DNA of 64,000 bases from Eledone cirrhosa (lineage: Eukaryota). Shown one piece after another: positions 13,371 through 28,639 of this stretch. A model generated the notes under the pieces. That model was given only the letters and a program-made list of their open reading frames with translations, was not told the DNA's origin and made no database searches. The translations under genes and the position numbers were made by a program. How positions within the stretch are numbered: position 1 is the stretch's first letter; the number at the start of each line of letters is the position of its first letter. The DNA lies in contig OZ024743.1 of the NCBI GenBank assembly GCA_964016885.1, forward strand, positions 303,056,001 to 303,120,000, written 5' to 3'.

Positions 13371-13544
13371 CACATCCCTGACCTGCTCTATGTCATCATG
13401 TTTAACTCTATTTTACAGATGATAATAATAATAAAAAAATTATTTAAGAAAATGATGACTGACATCATGATTTTGTGTAGCTTTTACGATATTTCAAGTC
13501 GAAAAAATTACAAGAATGGTAATGGAAGTACTAAAAGAGAAATA

Positions 13545-13731
13545 ATTGTTTCTACTGTTGGCACAAGGCCACCAATTACCCAGTACATTACCGGTACTTT
13601 ATTTAATCGACCCCGTAAGGATGAAAGGCAAAGGTAACCTCAGCGGGATTTGAACTCAGACTGTAAAGGGACGTAACTATGCTGGAAAGATTGGTGTTCG
13701 ACCGTCTACCGATACTGCCAATTCACCACCC
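13545..13731 (-). mobile_element. Full-length tRNA-derived SINE
   Basis: Reverse complement of 39760-39950; A-box-like tggcagtatcgg, B-box gagttcaaatcc, core gcctttcatccttacggggtcgat. Confidence 0.9.
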
Positions 13732-13747
13732 TTACTAAGAGAAATCA

Positions 13748-13848
13748 TTTGTTCTACTTTAGGCACAAGGCCAGCAATTACCAGTACATTACTGGTACTT
13801 TATTTTATCGACCCCGTAAGGATGAAAGGCCAAGTTAACCTCGGCGGG
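13748..13848 (-). mobile_element. 5'-truncated SINE in tandem with the previous copy
   Basis: Core plus tail; bounded by repeats of tactaagagaaat. Confidence 0.85.
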
Positions 13849-15230
13849 AAACTTACTAAGAGAAATAATAAAGCACATTTAGAGACAGTAAAAATTGAAA
13901 TTTTTATTAAATGGATTCTGCTATTACACGAGGGGGGTAATATAGCTGTTATGTAAGCAATTTACGTATGCGTTAATTTCAAAATAAAGAACAGTGACAA
14001 AAAAGATTGAGACACGAAATAGAATTTAGAAATATAAAATGAATTATAAATTAAATAAATATATTAGATAATTGTGAGACAACGCTGTTTAAAAAATACA
14101 AATATATAACTTTAAATTATTTGCCTTGTGACTTTTTCTTTCTTTTTTTGTAGTTATACTTAATGTGCTAAAATCTCAAATCTTTGTGGCTAAGCAACAG
14201 AAATATTTTGGCCAATATAATTTAAATGTCTGCAACTTTTGAGAAATAGTATTGATTATTACAGTATAACAATTGTATATTTCTTCTGTAGTTATAAAGT
14301 ATGAAAACATAGTTATTTACTCTAGATAGTTAAGCATAGCATTTCAGTTTATATGGACAGGGTAAGTCTTGTGACCTTCCTTAATCAAGGAGGAAACAGC
14401 TCGAGATGGAGGTGTTTAAGGAAGCTAGCCGACTTGGCTCAGCACTATATGATTATTATCATGTTAGTAGTGGGTTTATGTCTGGCTTCACAATCAAGGG
14501 CATTACCATTTCAATTTATATGTTGTTATGTTAAAATAGAATATTTATAGTGAATTAAGAATCGCGTATTCTCTAGATATTTGAAAATATATAAATGTAT
14601 GCTGGGTAAATACGTTTTAGCTTACAATACCAAGTTTAAATGTTTAAGGAAACAACAAATTATTAAATCAGAGGAAATCACATGTCTTGCAGACACAATA
14701 TAGAATCTGGATGGGTAAAAACAGTATATCATGTAGCTGACTCACAATGCAAAAACAATTTTAGTAACCTGTAGTATTGATCCTAATGTTGGCATGTAAG
14801 CAGTTCACGGATACTGAAATAATATGTATTTTACTTCTTCTAAGTATAAATCACAAGCATTTTAATTATGTTGCTTGCTCAGGCTTGCTCGGGCTTGTCC
14901 CTTGGTGTTAAACATTAGCCTATGGTCATTCTTGACCGAGGTAGGACGTTACCCTTTAACTGGAACTGAAAATCAAAAGGTGCTTTTTTTATTGGCATAA
15001 TGCCCTTATGAAGTATGAGAGATAAATAGATAGATGTGTATGTGTGTCGATTTGCATGCGTGCGTCTTTGTATGTGCAACGGTGAATGCCTGTGCTTGAT
15101 ATAATGTGTGCATCATCTCTGTACCAACGTTTTTATTTACACATATGTACGTAGAATATATACATAATGTCGATTTCCTATTCTCAATGAAATGTATTTT
15201 GTTGAATCTTCGAAGGAAGAAGATATTTCA

Positions 15231-15352
15231 AAGAGAGAGAGGGGGAGAGTGTGTTTGTGCGTGAAGGGGAGGGGTTATATATAGAAATATAGATATATAT
15301 AGATAGAGACAGAGAGAGAAAGAGAGATCGAGGGAAAGCGAGAGAGAGAGAG
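15231..15352. repeat. GA/TA-rich low-complexity tract
   Basis: Directly visible. Confidence 0.8.
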
Positions 15353-16901
15353 ATAAATAAGGGGAAGGGGTGATAAAAAAGATGAGAAGTACAGGTGAGA
15401 GGAGAAATCTTTCCTAATAGATGTTAACAACAGATCATCTGGGGAAAAGTGAGGACATGGTAGTAAAGCGGTAAGCATCTAAAGAGAGTGAGATGGTAAA
15501 GTGAATTATGTTTCTGTATCGATGAAGCAAAGGATGAATGAATGAAAAGGAGGATTGTGGAAAGAGGCAAATTAAATAGAATATGCTACACAAAAATGTG
15601 AAAGGTTTCGCGGAACAGACATGCACAAAAACAACTTTTAGTAATACATGTTATGTTGAGATCTAAAGCAAAACCTGTCTACACAGTTCTCCGGACACTA
15701 TGAAACCATACGCACATACACTGAAAGACACATTGAAGCACCCATTCACAAACATTCACACTCTTACGCATACATACAATATGTCAAACACAGAACCGCT
15801 TTTCTGATGACGTGATTATATTCTTCCTCACTATAATTCAGCTCATTACTTTATGTTTAGTTTTATATATTTACTTGACTTTATTATCATCAGAATGCGC
15901 TGTTATATACCCTCTCGATTGGTAATATTCAGTTGGAAATATTCAATGGTAGAAGGGAATACAAATACGATATACATGTAAGTGAGTTAATTTGAACTGC
16001 CAAATATTTGTTGTAATTGGAAAAAAAATATCATAGGTCTTTATTTCAGTATATTCGATATTTGTATGAAATAAAAATAAATCTACGTATTTGGTTGTTT
16101 AATTGTTTCATTCCAACACAATTCCATACATTTCTACAAAAAGGATATAATTGATGTGAAATACCGTGTCATATTGTTTTGAATTTGTATTGCCCCCTCT
16201 AATGGAGCTAAATTTAATATCCTTTTTAATGAATGCTTAATGTGATATTATGGGCAAAGTGAAATATTGCTTTTAGCCACATTAAAATTATGCTGATGAT
16301 TATTTCAAATGATGTGAGAGGAGGAATATTATATGACACATATTCTGAACTATCGAAAGGAAGTTATCCTGAGACCGGATACTCGGAATCATTTTCACAC
16401 AAGAAAACTCCCCCTCGTACAAGGAAGACCTGTTAAAATGGGTATCGCGCTTCCAGGAATTACGTGTTTATCAAAGGATTTACTCACAATATTTTGGTCG
16501 GAGGCTCAGGTAGAAGGTCGCTAAAGGTACAATTGAATGCGTCAAATTCGAAACGACGTTGTTGTAACGAACATATTTCAACTACATAACAATATCTGGG
16601 AAGATCAAGTTTGAGAGGGAATAACTGATTCGTATTTATTTTCATCTGCACCACCTGGATTTAGACACAGATGTACTACACTGTAACTAAATATCAAAAG
16701 ATAAGTTTATCCTTGTGGTATCCCTTCTCTATACCTAACTGCAAATATTTAGGAAAATATCAAAATATTGACTTCCAGCAGTGTTCAGCGTTTAGTACTT
16801 ATTCAAGAGATTGACAATTTAGCCTCAACTATGTTTTTTTTGTTTTTGTCATTAAAATTGTGCGCCATTCTTTCCTAGGTTCACTCGATTGTGTTTAATA
16901 G

Positions 16902-17057
16902 ATGGGTGATAAATATTTCCGAGAAATTTTACCAGAGCGGTATAGTTCAGATGACGAAAGACAGGAGAAATATGAAAAAAAAATTAGTTTAGATGTTCCT
17001 AATACAGATGTAACGTTTGGAACATATGTGCAACTCAGTATCAAAGGTTGGTATCAG
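16902..17057 (+). CDS. Candidate first coding exon of an unidentified host gene (MGDKYFREILPERYSSDDERQEKYEKKISLDVPNTDVTFGTYVQLSIKGWYQ)
   Basis: Acceptor ttctttcctag at 16878, in-frame stops then ATG at 16902, 52 open codons ending at cag|gtaatg (phase 0). Confidence 0.4.
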
Positions 17058-18008
17058 GTAATGTAGTCTATATGTATTTCGTTTCTTCACTCTATAAATG
17101 CTTTATTCCGTTACAACACAAGTGCCCGGGAGAAAGCAAACTCATATTTATTCGGGCGTTGTATTTGCTTGTATGTAGTTCAAGAATGTCAACGTAACAC
17201 GTTGAATAATACAAGTACAGTGTATATTAGAACCATACATTTAGGAATATATAATCGATAAAGCTACAGGTAATATACTAAACGGACATAAGTTTACTAA
17301 CATTGCCTTTATTTCAAGTTTGCCTATAATACAACCAGTATTCAACAATATAATATTTCAAATTTGTACACAATGCTTAGTTTTTTCTTCTATTTCTACA
17401 ATTTTAAATTAAGATTATACGCAATGGCAAACTGGATTATTAAGAAATATAAAATAACGTGATATTGGAACATCAAGATATCGTGATATGATTTCCGTTT
17501 TGTTCCTTGAAACTCGTTTATGAGAATATTCTTAGAAAGAGCAAATCTCATTTTCGTGTCAATATTCCCTTATATGATATCTCTCTATTATTTCGATTCG
17601 TTTGGTGACATTTCAGATATATTAATATATATTTCAGCAATACTTTTGGGTTGTCATAGATACCAATCTTACATAAGATTTATGATTGGATAAGAGCGTA
17701 ATACTGAAGTCTATTCTGAACTGAGTCTCAACCGTATACCATATAACTCCGTGCCATGTATTGCTTCATAAATTCTATGACATCCATGATATATCTTCGT
17801 AGAGGTGAAGGTGTTTCTGCTTCTAAATACATCAAAACTGTTTTTGTATTTTATATCATGAATAATATTGGATTAATATAACACATATGTGAAAGGCGAT
17901 AACTAGTAAAATAAATAGCTGTTGTTTTACGATCCAAGGGATATGGACATTTCTCTACTCAACATTGTATTGTGACACTGCTCGATATTTATGTTCTCCC
18001 TAATCTAG

Positions 18009-18080
18009 TTCATCAAACAAAAAAAGGTACCATGCAGAACGAGATCTCGTTATAACACCACTTTCGGCTTAACCAATAAA
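18009..18080 (+). CDS. Candidate 72-nt phase 0/0 exon (FIKQKKVPCRTRSRYNTTFGLTNK)
   Basis: tgttctccctaatctag acceptor, aaa|gtaagt donor, frame-compatible with 16902-17057. Confidence 0.3.
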
Positions 18081-18799
18081 GTAAGTGAAACTAATTGATT
18101 CTCTTCTACGGAATATATAACTGAAGACGTCTTACAATAGATTGACAGTTGTCTATTATCGCAGGAATGAAGGAAAATCGCTATATTAAGTTACAACCGC
18201 TCTGTTTGCACAGTGACGACATTTTTCGCACTTATTTGTTTTCCTTATATAGGAATGTATAATACGATGGCATTTTCTACATTTCACACATGAGAAAAAA
18301 TCAGAGTGCATAATCATTATCCCTATATCGAAGGGGAAAATAGATTATTAAGCCAAAGAAGTTTAATAAAATATCTTCGAAGGACCCCAATAATTGGTGT
18401 GCACTTCATTTGGTTAGTGCTGTAATTAAAATGGACCCATCTATAGCAACGATTCTTCACATAGAACTGAAGCAAAAGAAACTACTGTCGATTAATTTCT
18501 ATTCATCATGGGTGTTTGTCTCTCCTCACTATGTATATATACAGCGTAAATTTTTGGCGTGATTTCGAATTCGAAACAAATGTTGAATAAGTTACATTTT
18601 GTATAGACGTGCTAATGCACTTGAATTAGAAATTTACTATAAATTTACTTTTAGAAATTGACTTTAAGTCAATATTCAGAGAGTGCTTTCACGCCTGCAT
18701 TTAATTTACCATAGTGATAGCCAACACCATGGTGCTTACTTCTCTCTGGGCGTTAATGCCATACGAGAAGGACGAAAATGGAAGTTTGTCAATATAAAT

Positions 18800-19990
18800 T
18801 CCAATGCTTCTATTTTCCTCTCATCTATATGTTTCACTTAGCTGAGAACTCCATAGCCATAGCCCAGCACTCACGCTATGGTGGCGATATTAATATAATT
18901 GTTAGAACTAGAACACGAGAGAGAACCCACGAATCGGAACGAGTAGCTAGCACTGTAGTGAGCATCAAGCAAATAGCTAAGTACATCCACCAGATCATTA
19001 AGTTAACAGTGTACCACCCCACTAGGCACCCCAACCGTAGATTACCCGTGTTAGACACATCACTCTAAATGGAATCTAGGAATGATAAGAACCACATCCT
19101 CCCTTCATATTATCTAAAAGCCATGGCCTCCAATTATTTGAAGCACTGAAACTCAACTATCTCAAATAATGCCAAGTTATAATAAATTGTTAGTGGACCA
19201 GGTAAGGGTGATGCGAAATGTATCCCACATTTGCGATCCATCAGAGTTAGAGAGAGACATACAGAACTTTATCCATCGCATGCAGTTATATAGTTATAAC
19301 CAGAGACAAGGTCAGGGTGTACAAAGGAACAATGGCTAAATTCTAAAACCATTATGGAGAATGATATCAATTGGATTTGCCCAATATACAGGAACAAATC
19401 ATGATATAGCATAGAAAGGACCAAGAAAAGGATAGAGAACAACACATAGTATGGCATCTAAAAATATCAATGTCTTGTTTGTCGGTGCTACCCATAGAAC
19501 AGCGTTAGAAAAAGTGACCCTTATGATTAAAGTAGTAGAAAAACCAAAAACTTCCATAAAGTCCAGGACATAACAGCCTAGGAAAACCCCTGTACTGATA
19601 GACACTGTATAGTGTGTAAGATAATGCCACAAATAATCTCTAAAACTAGAATTATAGTCTACATGATAATATTTTCAGAGGAACGATTCAAAAGTAGACA
19701 ACGACATGCATAGGAGAGAGAGCCTACGTTATAGGAAAGATATTAATGGAATACGGGTGAGAATCTGAGGAGGAGGACAGGCATTAGTGACCTACAAAAT
19801 GGCCAAACTAGAACACGAGGGAATAATATATAATATAGTTATACAGATCCTATCCAAACACAGAACTGACGGAACACACAACGACAAATTACCGAGGCCA
19901 CTCACATAACAGAAGATCGTTATAGCCTGAACAGAAAACAGGAATGGAATAGAAACAACTCTCACCTTATTGACTGAAGACAATAAAGTC
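18800..19990 (+). mobile_element. Highly decayed LINE relic, possibly CR1/L2 group
   Basis: A-rich sense strand with faint echoes of CR1-type C-terminal motifs; no intact ORF. Confidence 0.25.
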
Positions 19991-20426
19991 AACAACAAAA
20001 AAAGACACAAACAGCAAAACAGCTAACAATAGAAACATATATACACTTAAAACACACATAGATATGACAAAACACAAAAACACATTCACACACACACATA
20101 GGCAAGCGCAGATGCATTAACATACACAAAACACGAAACATTGCAGCACAATAAACAAAGCAAAGACAAGATTGAGTAGAAGTTTAAAACCAGGAAAAGG
20201 AAGAAGCCCAAAACAGATAATCATTGAATAGGTCTCAAAATGTGGGAGGAAAGAACTTTGATAAACAAAGGAACAACAAACAATAAAGATAAAATGAAAG
20301 TGAAAAGTGTATCGTGCGTGCGTTTCTTTCTATGGCAACATTGACAACATGAACATCTCCAAATACCAAATATAACGATATCGGTTTCAACACACAATTT
20401 CACAAGTATCCTTTAGAAAAAAAAAA

Positions 20427-20546
<120 letters not shown>

Positions 20547-20586
20547 ATAGAAAGATTTGAATGGATACAGTTTAGTTGAAAGGAAT

Positions 20587-20703
20587 TTATTGACACGTGT
20601 TTCTATAACAGTTACATAACCTAAAACAGCTATCTACAAACTTTTAGTTATGCAGACATTCAATATTTCAATGTTATTATTTACTGTCATTTCATCAGAA
20701 TAA
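20587..20703 (-). ncRNA. Type I hammerhead ribozyme motif with a long branched stem II
   Basis: uuauu-CUGAUGA-a-augacagu...acuguuau-a-GAAAC-acgu-GUC-aauaa; palindromic stem III ACACGUGU. Confidence 0.75.
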
Positions 20704-20989
20704 TATTACTGAGGACCTATTTAGTTTTTATAGAGAATATTAGGAAGGAGGGGTGAAGTTGTTAGAAGAATAGTTGAAGGAGTGGTTTTTCGATAGCAGT
20801 GAGAATTCTTGGTGGCAGTGAGTAATTAGATTCCCATCTGTTGTTTTGACATTTTTTATAGAATATATTATTGGTTATTTTTCTAAATCTATAGAAGGAT
20901 TAGAGATAGTAAAGATATGCGTGGTTGGTTTTGTGTTTGCAATTAATTAACATTCAGACTTAAATGTTTCTTTCAAGTGTACGTATCCT

Positions 20990-21522
<533 letters not shown>

Positions 21523-21695
21523 AATTATGGACGTTTTTAGACACATTCATTATCGCATATTTGTACCTATTCTCATCAGCATATCTTTTCATTATTAGTA
21601 TGGTAATTTAAGGTTATTAATATATGTTGAGAAGAGATTGTTTTTATTTTTTTCTAACTAGATTAAGGTTTATATAGTTGGGGGATGTCCCTCTT

Positions 21696-22892
21696 TTATG
21701 TAATATTCGGCTTGTAGTGGGAAAAAAGGGTTTTAGTTCTGTGACGGCAGAATAATGTTCGTTCAATTCTGTTATTCAGCAGTTTCTTCTTGTGTGTGAT
21801 TATGTAATAAATCTCAAGCTTACACAATTTGCAGAAATTTTGGCTCCTGGAAAAGCTTTGGGTTTTAGCTAATTTTTCCCATTTTAGGGTAAACTTTTGG
21901 TCGCTATCCCTGAGCGTCCAAGCTTTTTCTGCTAAAGTTGTTACATTTCTTTGACTCTGGTGTTTTATTGAGTAAGAATGCCTATACAATCGAGATTTAA
22001 ACGATGTTGCCGTTGATCCCACGTAATACCACTCGTTGCCTCTGGATTTAATGGTACACTTATAAATAATATTTTTTTCCAGGCAGTTATTGCCGAGGGG
22101 GCAGTTGTCAGGATAGGTGCAGTTACAGTTGTGTACGTTGGGTTTTCTCTGGAGTAGTATTGCGGACGAACTTAGGTGTGGTTTATTTATGTTCTGTAGT
22201 GTATTGTCTACTGTTTTTTTTGTGTTCTTTGTACTTAAGTTCTTAGTGTTTTCGTTTAACCTTCTAGTATTGATCTTTTTTATGTGTTGTTCAAGGTTTA
22301 ACGCTGTAGAGTATGACAGTCTTATAGTGGTAGGGTTTAGGATTTTGTGGTATTTGTGTGATGTGGGAAAATGTCTTTTAATTATTTTAAAGAAGAGTAC
22401 TGGTAAATTTGTACTAATGGAGCTATTGTATTCGGGGTTATACCATAAGTACTCTTTGCATCGCTTTCTATTAGTTTTGTTTGTTGGTTTACTGGTGTTC
22501 ATACTATGGTAGTAAGTGTGGTTTGGTGTTGTGTTATTATATCTACCTATGTGGGATTTATTTTGGGTGTTTTGATTGTTCCCATCTATGTACTCTATTT
22601 TGTTGAGGTAGCCTGCTTTACTAAGGGCGTTATCGTAGTACTCGGCGTGTTCCTTAAACACTTGTATGTTAGAAGATAGACTCGAGATTCTAAGGGAAAT
22701 ATTTTTAGGGATAGATTTAATTATAGAGATGGGGTGGTTAGACCCAACATTTACGTATTTGAGATTTTCATTCAATTTATGAAACGGTTTAATCAGACCA
22801 GAGTTTAAATTGAGTGTGACATCCAGGAAGTTAACTACTTTAAGGTTGTATTCATATGTTATAGTTAGTCCTATTTCGAGTAGTAGTTTTCT
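21696..22892 (-). pseudogene. Penelope-like RT/GIY-YIG protein, C-terminal part (about 400 aa, open but 5'-truncated)
   Basis: VNFLDVTLNL..KPFHK..YVNVGSNHP; CNCTYPDNCPL (CxCx5C); IIYKC...YYVGST..FKSRLYRH; CKLCKLE; CRH. Confidence 0.9.
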
Positions 22893-23575
<683 letters not shown>

Positions 23576-25865
23576 AGTGGAGATCGCTTTGAGAAAAGAA
23601 AATATTCCTGAAACTATGGAGTAGTGGGGAAACAGTAATCACATTTCCTGTGATACTTCACGGCATTACAGTATCGAAAAAAAGAAATTTGTATTTATAC
23701 ACCTACAAAAAATAGTATTTACATATGTTAGTCGATTGCTCCGGATGCCAGAGAATATATATATTTCTTTATTTCCAGCAAAGTCCAGGTTTCAGATGGT
23801 AAGCATACACAGTCACTGATCACTTCAACAATTACACACAGCAACTGCCAAGTGTTTAATGGTAAATATTTCAGTGAGAGAAGCGGGAGAATTATCCTTA
23901 GTTGAAATACTAGACAACGAACTGATAAGATTTTGCGAATTCATTTTTGTGATCAACCGTAACATAGAGTCTTCTGCTACAACTGCCGCAAAATTCGCTT
24001 TGATTCTCGAAAATATTCCTAATACTGTGAAGTGAGTTCTGGAGTGACAATGTGCATGATAAAAAAATACCGTCACTTCCCTTTCTCACCCTCTACCATT
24101 TTACTTCATTTTGTATTTCTCTCTTCTGATATAGAACTAGCGTCTGAAATCAAGTTATAAATAATATATTTCTTCATTGTATAGTGTTTTTGTTTCGTTG
24201 TTTCTGTTTACCTTTTGCATAGACATCTTTGAATTAAATATGTTCGTTTATTTTGAACTATGGAAGTTTATATTTTCAATAATTATAAATGTCTTTGTTA
24301 CATCTGCAATCGGATGATATTTCAGTAAAACATCGACAGAGCCATACCGTTTATATTATGTTGTAGGATGTTATAGAATGTTATGAGAGTAATTAAAATT
24401 GCTAACTAAAAGAACATTTATTAATTGTAGAAGTATTATTCTTAATGGCAATTCAGCCACAAAACAAAATTATTCAATGGTTTTATACGAATATTAAATT
24501 TCACAATCATAAATGATTTGAGAAAATACAAAATTCCATTTCATTAAATGCTTTCATAATTACTTTTTCAATTATTTCATTTTCTCCAAACAGAGCCTGA
24601 ACACAAGTTAAAGGCTGGAAATGCCAAAGCAGCATGGATCCAACATGTACTGTACAAATATATAAATCAAAATACTAAATATTTGCAGGTTCAATGTCCG
24701 CAAATAATTGTACCCCTCTTTCTGATATTAAGAGAAATATGATTCTTCTAGTGTGGTTTTAGTCGGAATTAAGATCAGTTTTTTTTTCGGTAAATTTCCT
24801 ACTGTGATATTTGTACATCTATGTTTGGCTTATTATGTTTTAGCTAAGTATCATCCTTATTTAGTAGAAAACATAGTTCCAATACATTAAAAGAGAGGTG
24901 GTGATGGCTATTGAATGGGGGGTGTACGACATATACCTGGTCAGTATATTAGTGAGACAGAAGACAACAGTGTCCCTACCATTCATCTTTCCTGTGGAAC
25001 ATTCTATTTCCTGTATTATAATAGAGTTAGTTGACAATAAAACCTGCATCATATTTTTAGTTCTTAGTACAATTAAGTATTATTGATTACAGATGTTGAT
25101 ATTCACTTTTGATTATTTCGAAAATAATTTTGTTATTTCAATCTTGTTTATTAAAATGTTATATCATCTCTTAGATGTATAAATAAAAAAGAGAAAGGAT
25201 GTGAGAGAATAGATGGAATATAGGTGAGTAAAAAAGACAAGAGTGATGGAAAGAAAAATATAGATAATAAAGGAAAGAAGCCAAAGCTAGATTAAAAAAA
25301 TGGACTGTGTACACCAATCAGTGAAATAAAATTTTGGATTTACCAAGTTAAGACTAGAAAACAGGATTGATTATATGAACCATTTAAATTAATTATTTAA
25401 TTGTTGTAATTCTCGCTAGATTTAAATTTCATGTTCATTTTTTGGCAGAAGATCATTCATCTGGAAACTGTCACTGGTTACATGCATCATTATCATGCAA
25501 CTGCTTTTGAGGTACATCAACTGCATTGTGTGACGTGTCAGGAAATGTTTGCGATCGTCATGGACACAGCCCTTGCAGCAAGGCCAAATCAATTCACTTT
25601 CATAATTTATATTGCATCTGACCAAGATACACATCAATTGCCTTGTGAGACGCGTCTGGAAGATGTTGCATTGGTCATTGCCACGGCTCTTACTTCAAGA
25701 CCAAATCAACAATATAGAATTAAGGAAAGAGAGAAACAGCAACTATGTAATAGTTTGCAGAATTATGACGATGGTGACCATGCCATATCGTCTGCCGATA
25801 CATTCATATTTACTCTACATTAGGCGGTCTCATTGGAGTACTTAACTCACTTCACTGTCGCTTGA

Positions 25866-27797
25866 CTAATGTACAAATCCGGACCTTGCAGAATTTAAGC
25901 TGAGAACGAGGTTAAGCTTCCAGTAACCAGATTCCTGTCTTCCTATTTTGTCTTGGTCAACAATGTAGGAAGCAAGTTTGTATTCTGAATCATTTGTAGC
26001 TGTTGAAACCCTACGCCATCCCTCTCTGCTAAGCAAATATATAATCCGTCTAAATTCGATGTATATTACTCTATTGCGTTGCATTAGGTAGGTCAAATCG
26101 GTAACTTTCAGACGTCTTCAGCCATTTGATCAGATTCTTGAGTCTTTTGATATCCACCTTTGTATAAGCCATTCACTAAGAGTCTCAGCATGATTCTCAT
26201 ACACTATGTTAAGATTAAAGGCTAACAGACGTCTGGGAAAGTCCAACCGTCTTCCCCCATTCGTACCATCTACGGCCACACATTTAAAAGCCATGCATTC
26301 ATTTTTTCAGAGTTAGGAAACTCTACGTACCGTCAGGGTCTTGGAGTTTCATGAGTATCTCCATACTCAGGCCTTTCCTAACAACAACTCTCACGATGCT
26401 TCCTATTCGAAGCTGACTGTGTATCTTAAATTCTTCGAAGATGATGACTATATATACACATATGAAAATTATAAGGTATATTTATTATTTATATATATAT
26501 GTATAAATATATATATATAATTGTGTGTATGTGTGTGTATTTATATAGATATATATATATATATATGCATAGCTGGTCCTGACGTCTTGTCCAATAACGC
26601 TTCCTACTTCATTCTGTAGGTCGACCCGGACCAGCCAGGTTTGCGGGCTTCTTTGGTTTTAGGTAGTCTGAAGTTGTAGATAACTTGGCAGCCCGGCCTC
26701 TCTCTTAACGCGAACATCCAGTACAGAATAGAACTGATCAGATACAATAACGAAAAAAAAAATGTTCCTTTCTGTCTCTGGTTCCCCTTGTAGCATGTAT
26801 ATTTATGGATGCCTCTATGCTGAAAGAAGTTGTTCATACCAGAGTGTCCAATGCAAAAACATACGTCTAATACGGCCACTCCATTTTTATTTACATCGAG
26901 ATAGTCTTTCCTCCCAATCATTCCTTTCAATTTCAGGAGGTCAGTGCCAGCTTGTGCAATGCCGTCTCCGATAAGGATACATGACTTTACCGTTACCACA
27001 TCTAACGCTGCAGTGACTTCATCAGGGAAGGAGTGTATTCGGATTCTTGGTTTGGTGCATAAAAATGGACCACCCAGAGATAACTATATTTCAGTTAAAA
27101 CATCAAGAGTTAAATCTTCCCTCCTAATAGTATCAAGTCGATATGACATTTTGAAATCCGGGGGATTGTGAGTATCTCCACTCCTGCCTGTAAAGTCATT
27201 TCTAGCGCAACACCTGAATAATGTATTTTCCCTCCTCCATCGGAATCTCTATTACCAGAGCCACGGAATATTTTTAAGGAAACCCCGACTATATCTAGTC
27301 TGTATCATATAGCCTTCTCCACTAGATCTTTCGTCATACCCGTAAGGATTGTGATGTTGCAGTTTACTATTTTCAAGAGACTCCCTTCGGAACAGTATTT
27401 GGCGTCCCAGGATACGCAATCTCTGTGCATCCAACCCAAGCCTCCCATGACATACCGTTGGCCCATCGTCCGTTCTTTTAAGTATCCTCTACCTGAAAGC
27501 GTTTCTTGTTAATCCACGCGAGGAGCACGCGGTATGTTCTTTTATCATACGTTTCACCATATTGCAGATTTTTGCGGGTTTGTGAACATTTCAGATTGGT
27601 GACAGGCTCGAAGCGGACACCAAAACTACAATAATGGGAGAAGACGTAATAATGAAACATACGGCATCGTCGTTCACGCGGGTTAACAAGGGGCGCGTTC
27701 AGGCCTTATCTAGACGTGTTTGTACGAACATTATATTGCTGTCTCCATTTCATGCGACAAGAACTGGCAATGGGCCTGCAGCCTGCGTTGGGCATTT
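25866..27797 (-). mobile_element. Old Tx1-like 5' portion (ORF1 and APE relic), interrupted by a TA-rich tract
   Basis: DKIGRQESGYWKLN matches the end of the Tx1 APE domain (DKLHRRGPGYWKLN at about 48790); GC-richer than its flanks; upstream extent is uncertain. Confidence 0.55.
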
Positions 27798-28028
27798 AAT
27801 AATATGAACAGTCATAATAAAGAATAGTATAAAGAGAATGTCGAGATGTATGAAAATATTGTTGTGGAGATAAGGTAATTGAAAAATGTATGACTTTGTA
27901 TGTATATATGTTTCTGTTTGTGTAGCTGTGTATTTGCGTTTGTGTGTCCATAATAAAAATACACAAGCTGACTAATGTACACGTGCACCCACTTATACTC
28001 TCTATTTTAGACATGTACATACATAAAT

Positions 28029-28143
<115 letters not shown>

Positions 28144-28220
28144 ATGGAGGAAATGTGGTAAGGAACCAGGTGGACCATAACGCACCACAGTACTCAATAC
28201 TTAGGGTAGTAGAGTGGGTA

Positions 28221-28639
28221 ATAGGAACGAGTAGGACCCCGACGGTTGAGTTCAAGCCGTTTCGACGGCTAATTATGAACTAAATGAACATTTTCCTCCT
28301 GGTATTTGAATAGCCGAGCTTCTCAAGGGGTAATTCCATATATGGTAAAAGTGATTGTCACAAGGATTGGTCAAAAGTTTGTTGTTGAGACATAATAATT
28401 CTATCATGGCAATTTGTGGAGGGAAGGGGTAGCTGCCCCTTCCCTCCACAAATTGCCATGATATAATTATTATGTCTCAACAACAAACTTTTGACCAATC
28501 CTTGTGACAATCACTTTTACCATATATGTAATTACCCCCTGAGAAGCTCGGTTATTCAAATACCAGGATAAACATTTTCATTTAGTCCAGAATTAGCCGT
28601 AGAAAGGGCTTGAGCTCAGCCGTCGGGGTCCTACTCGTT

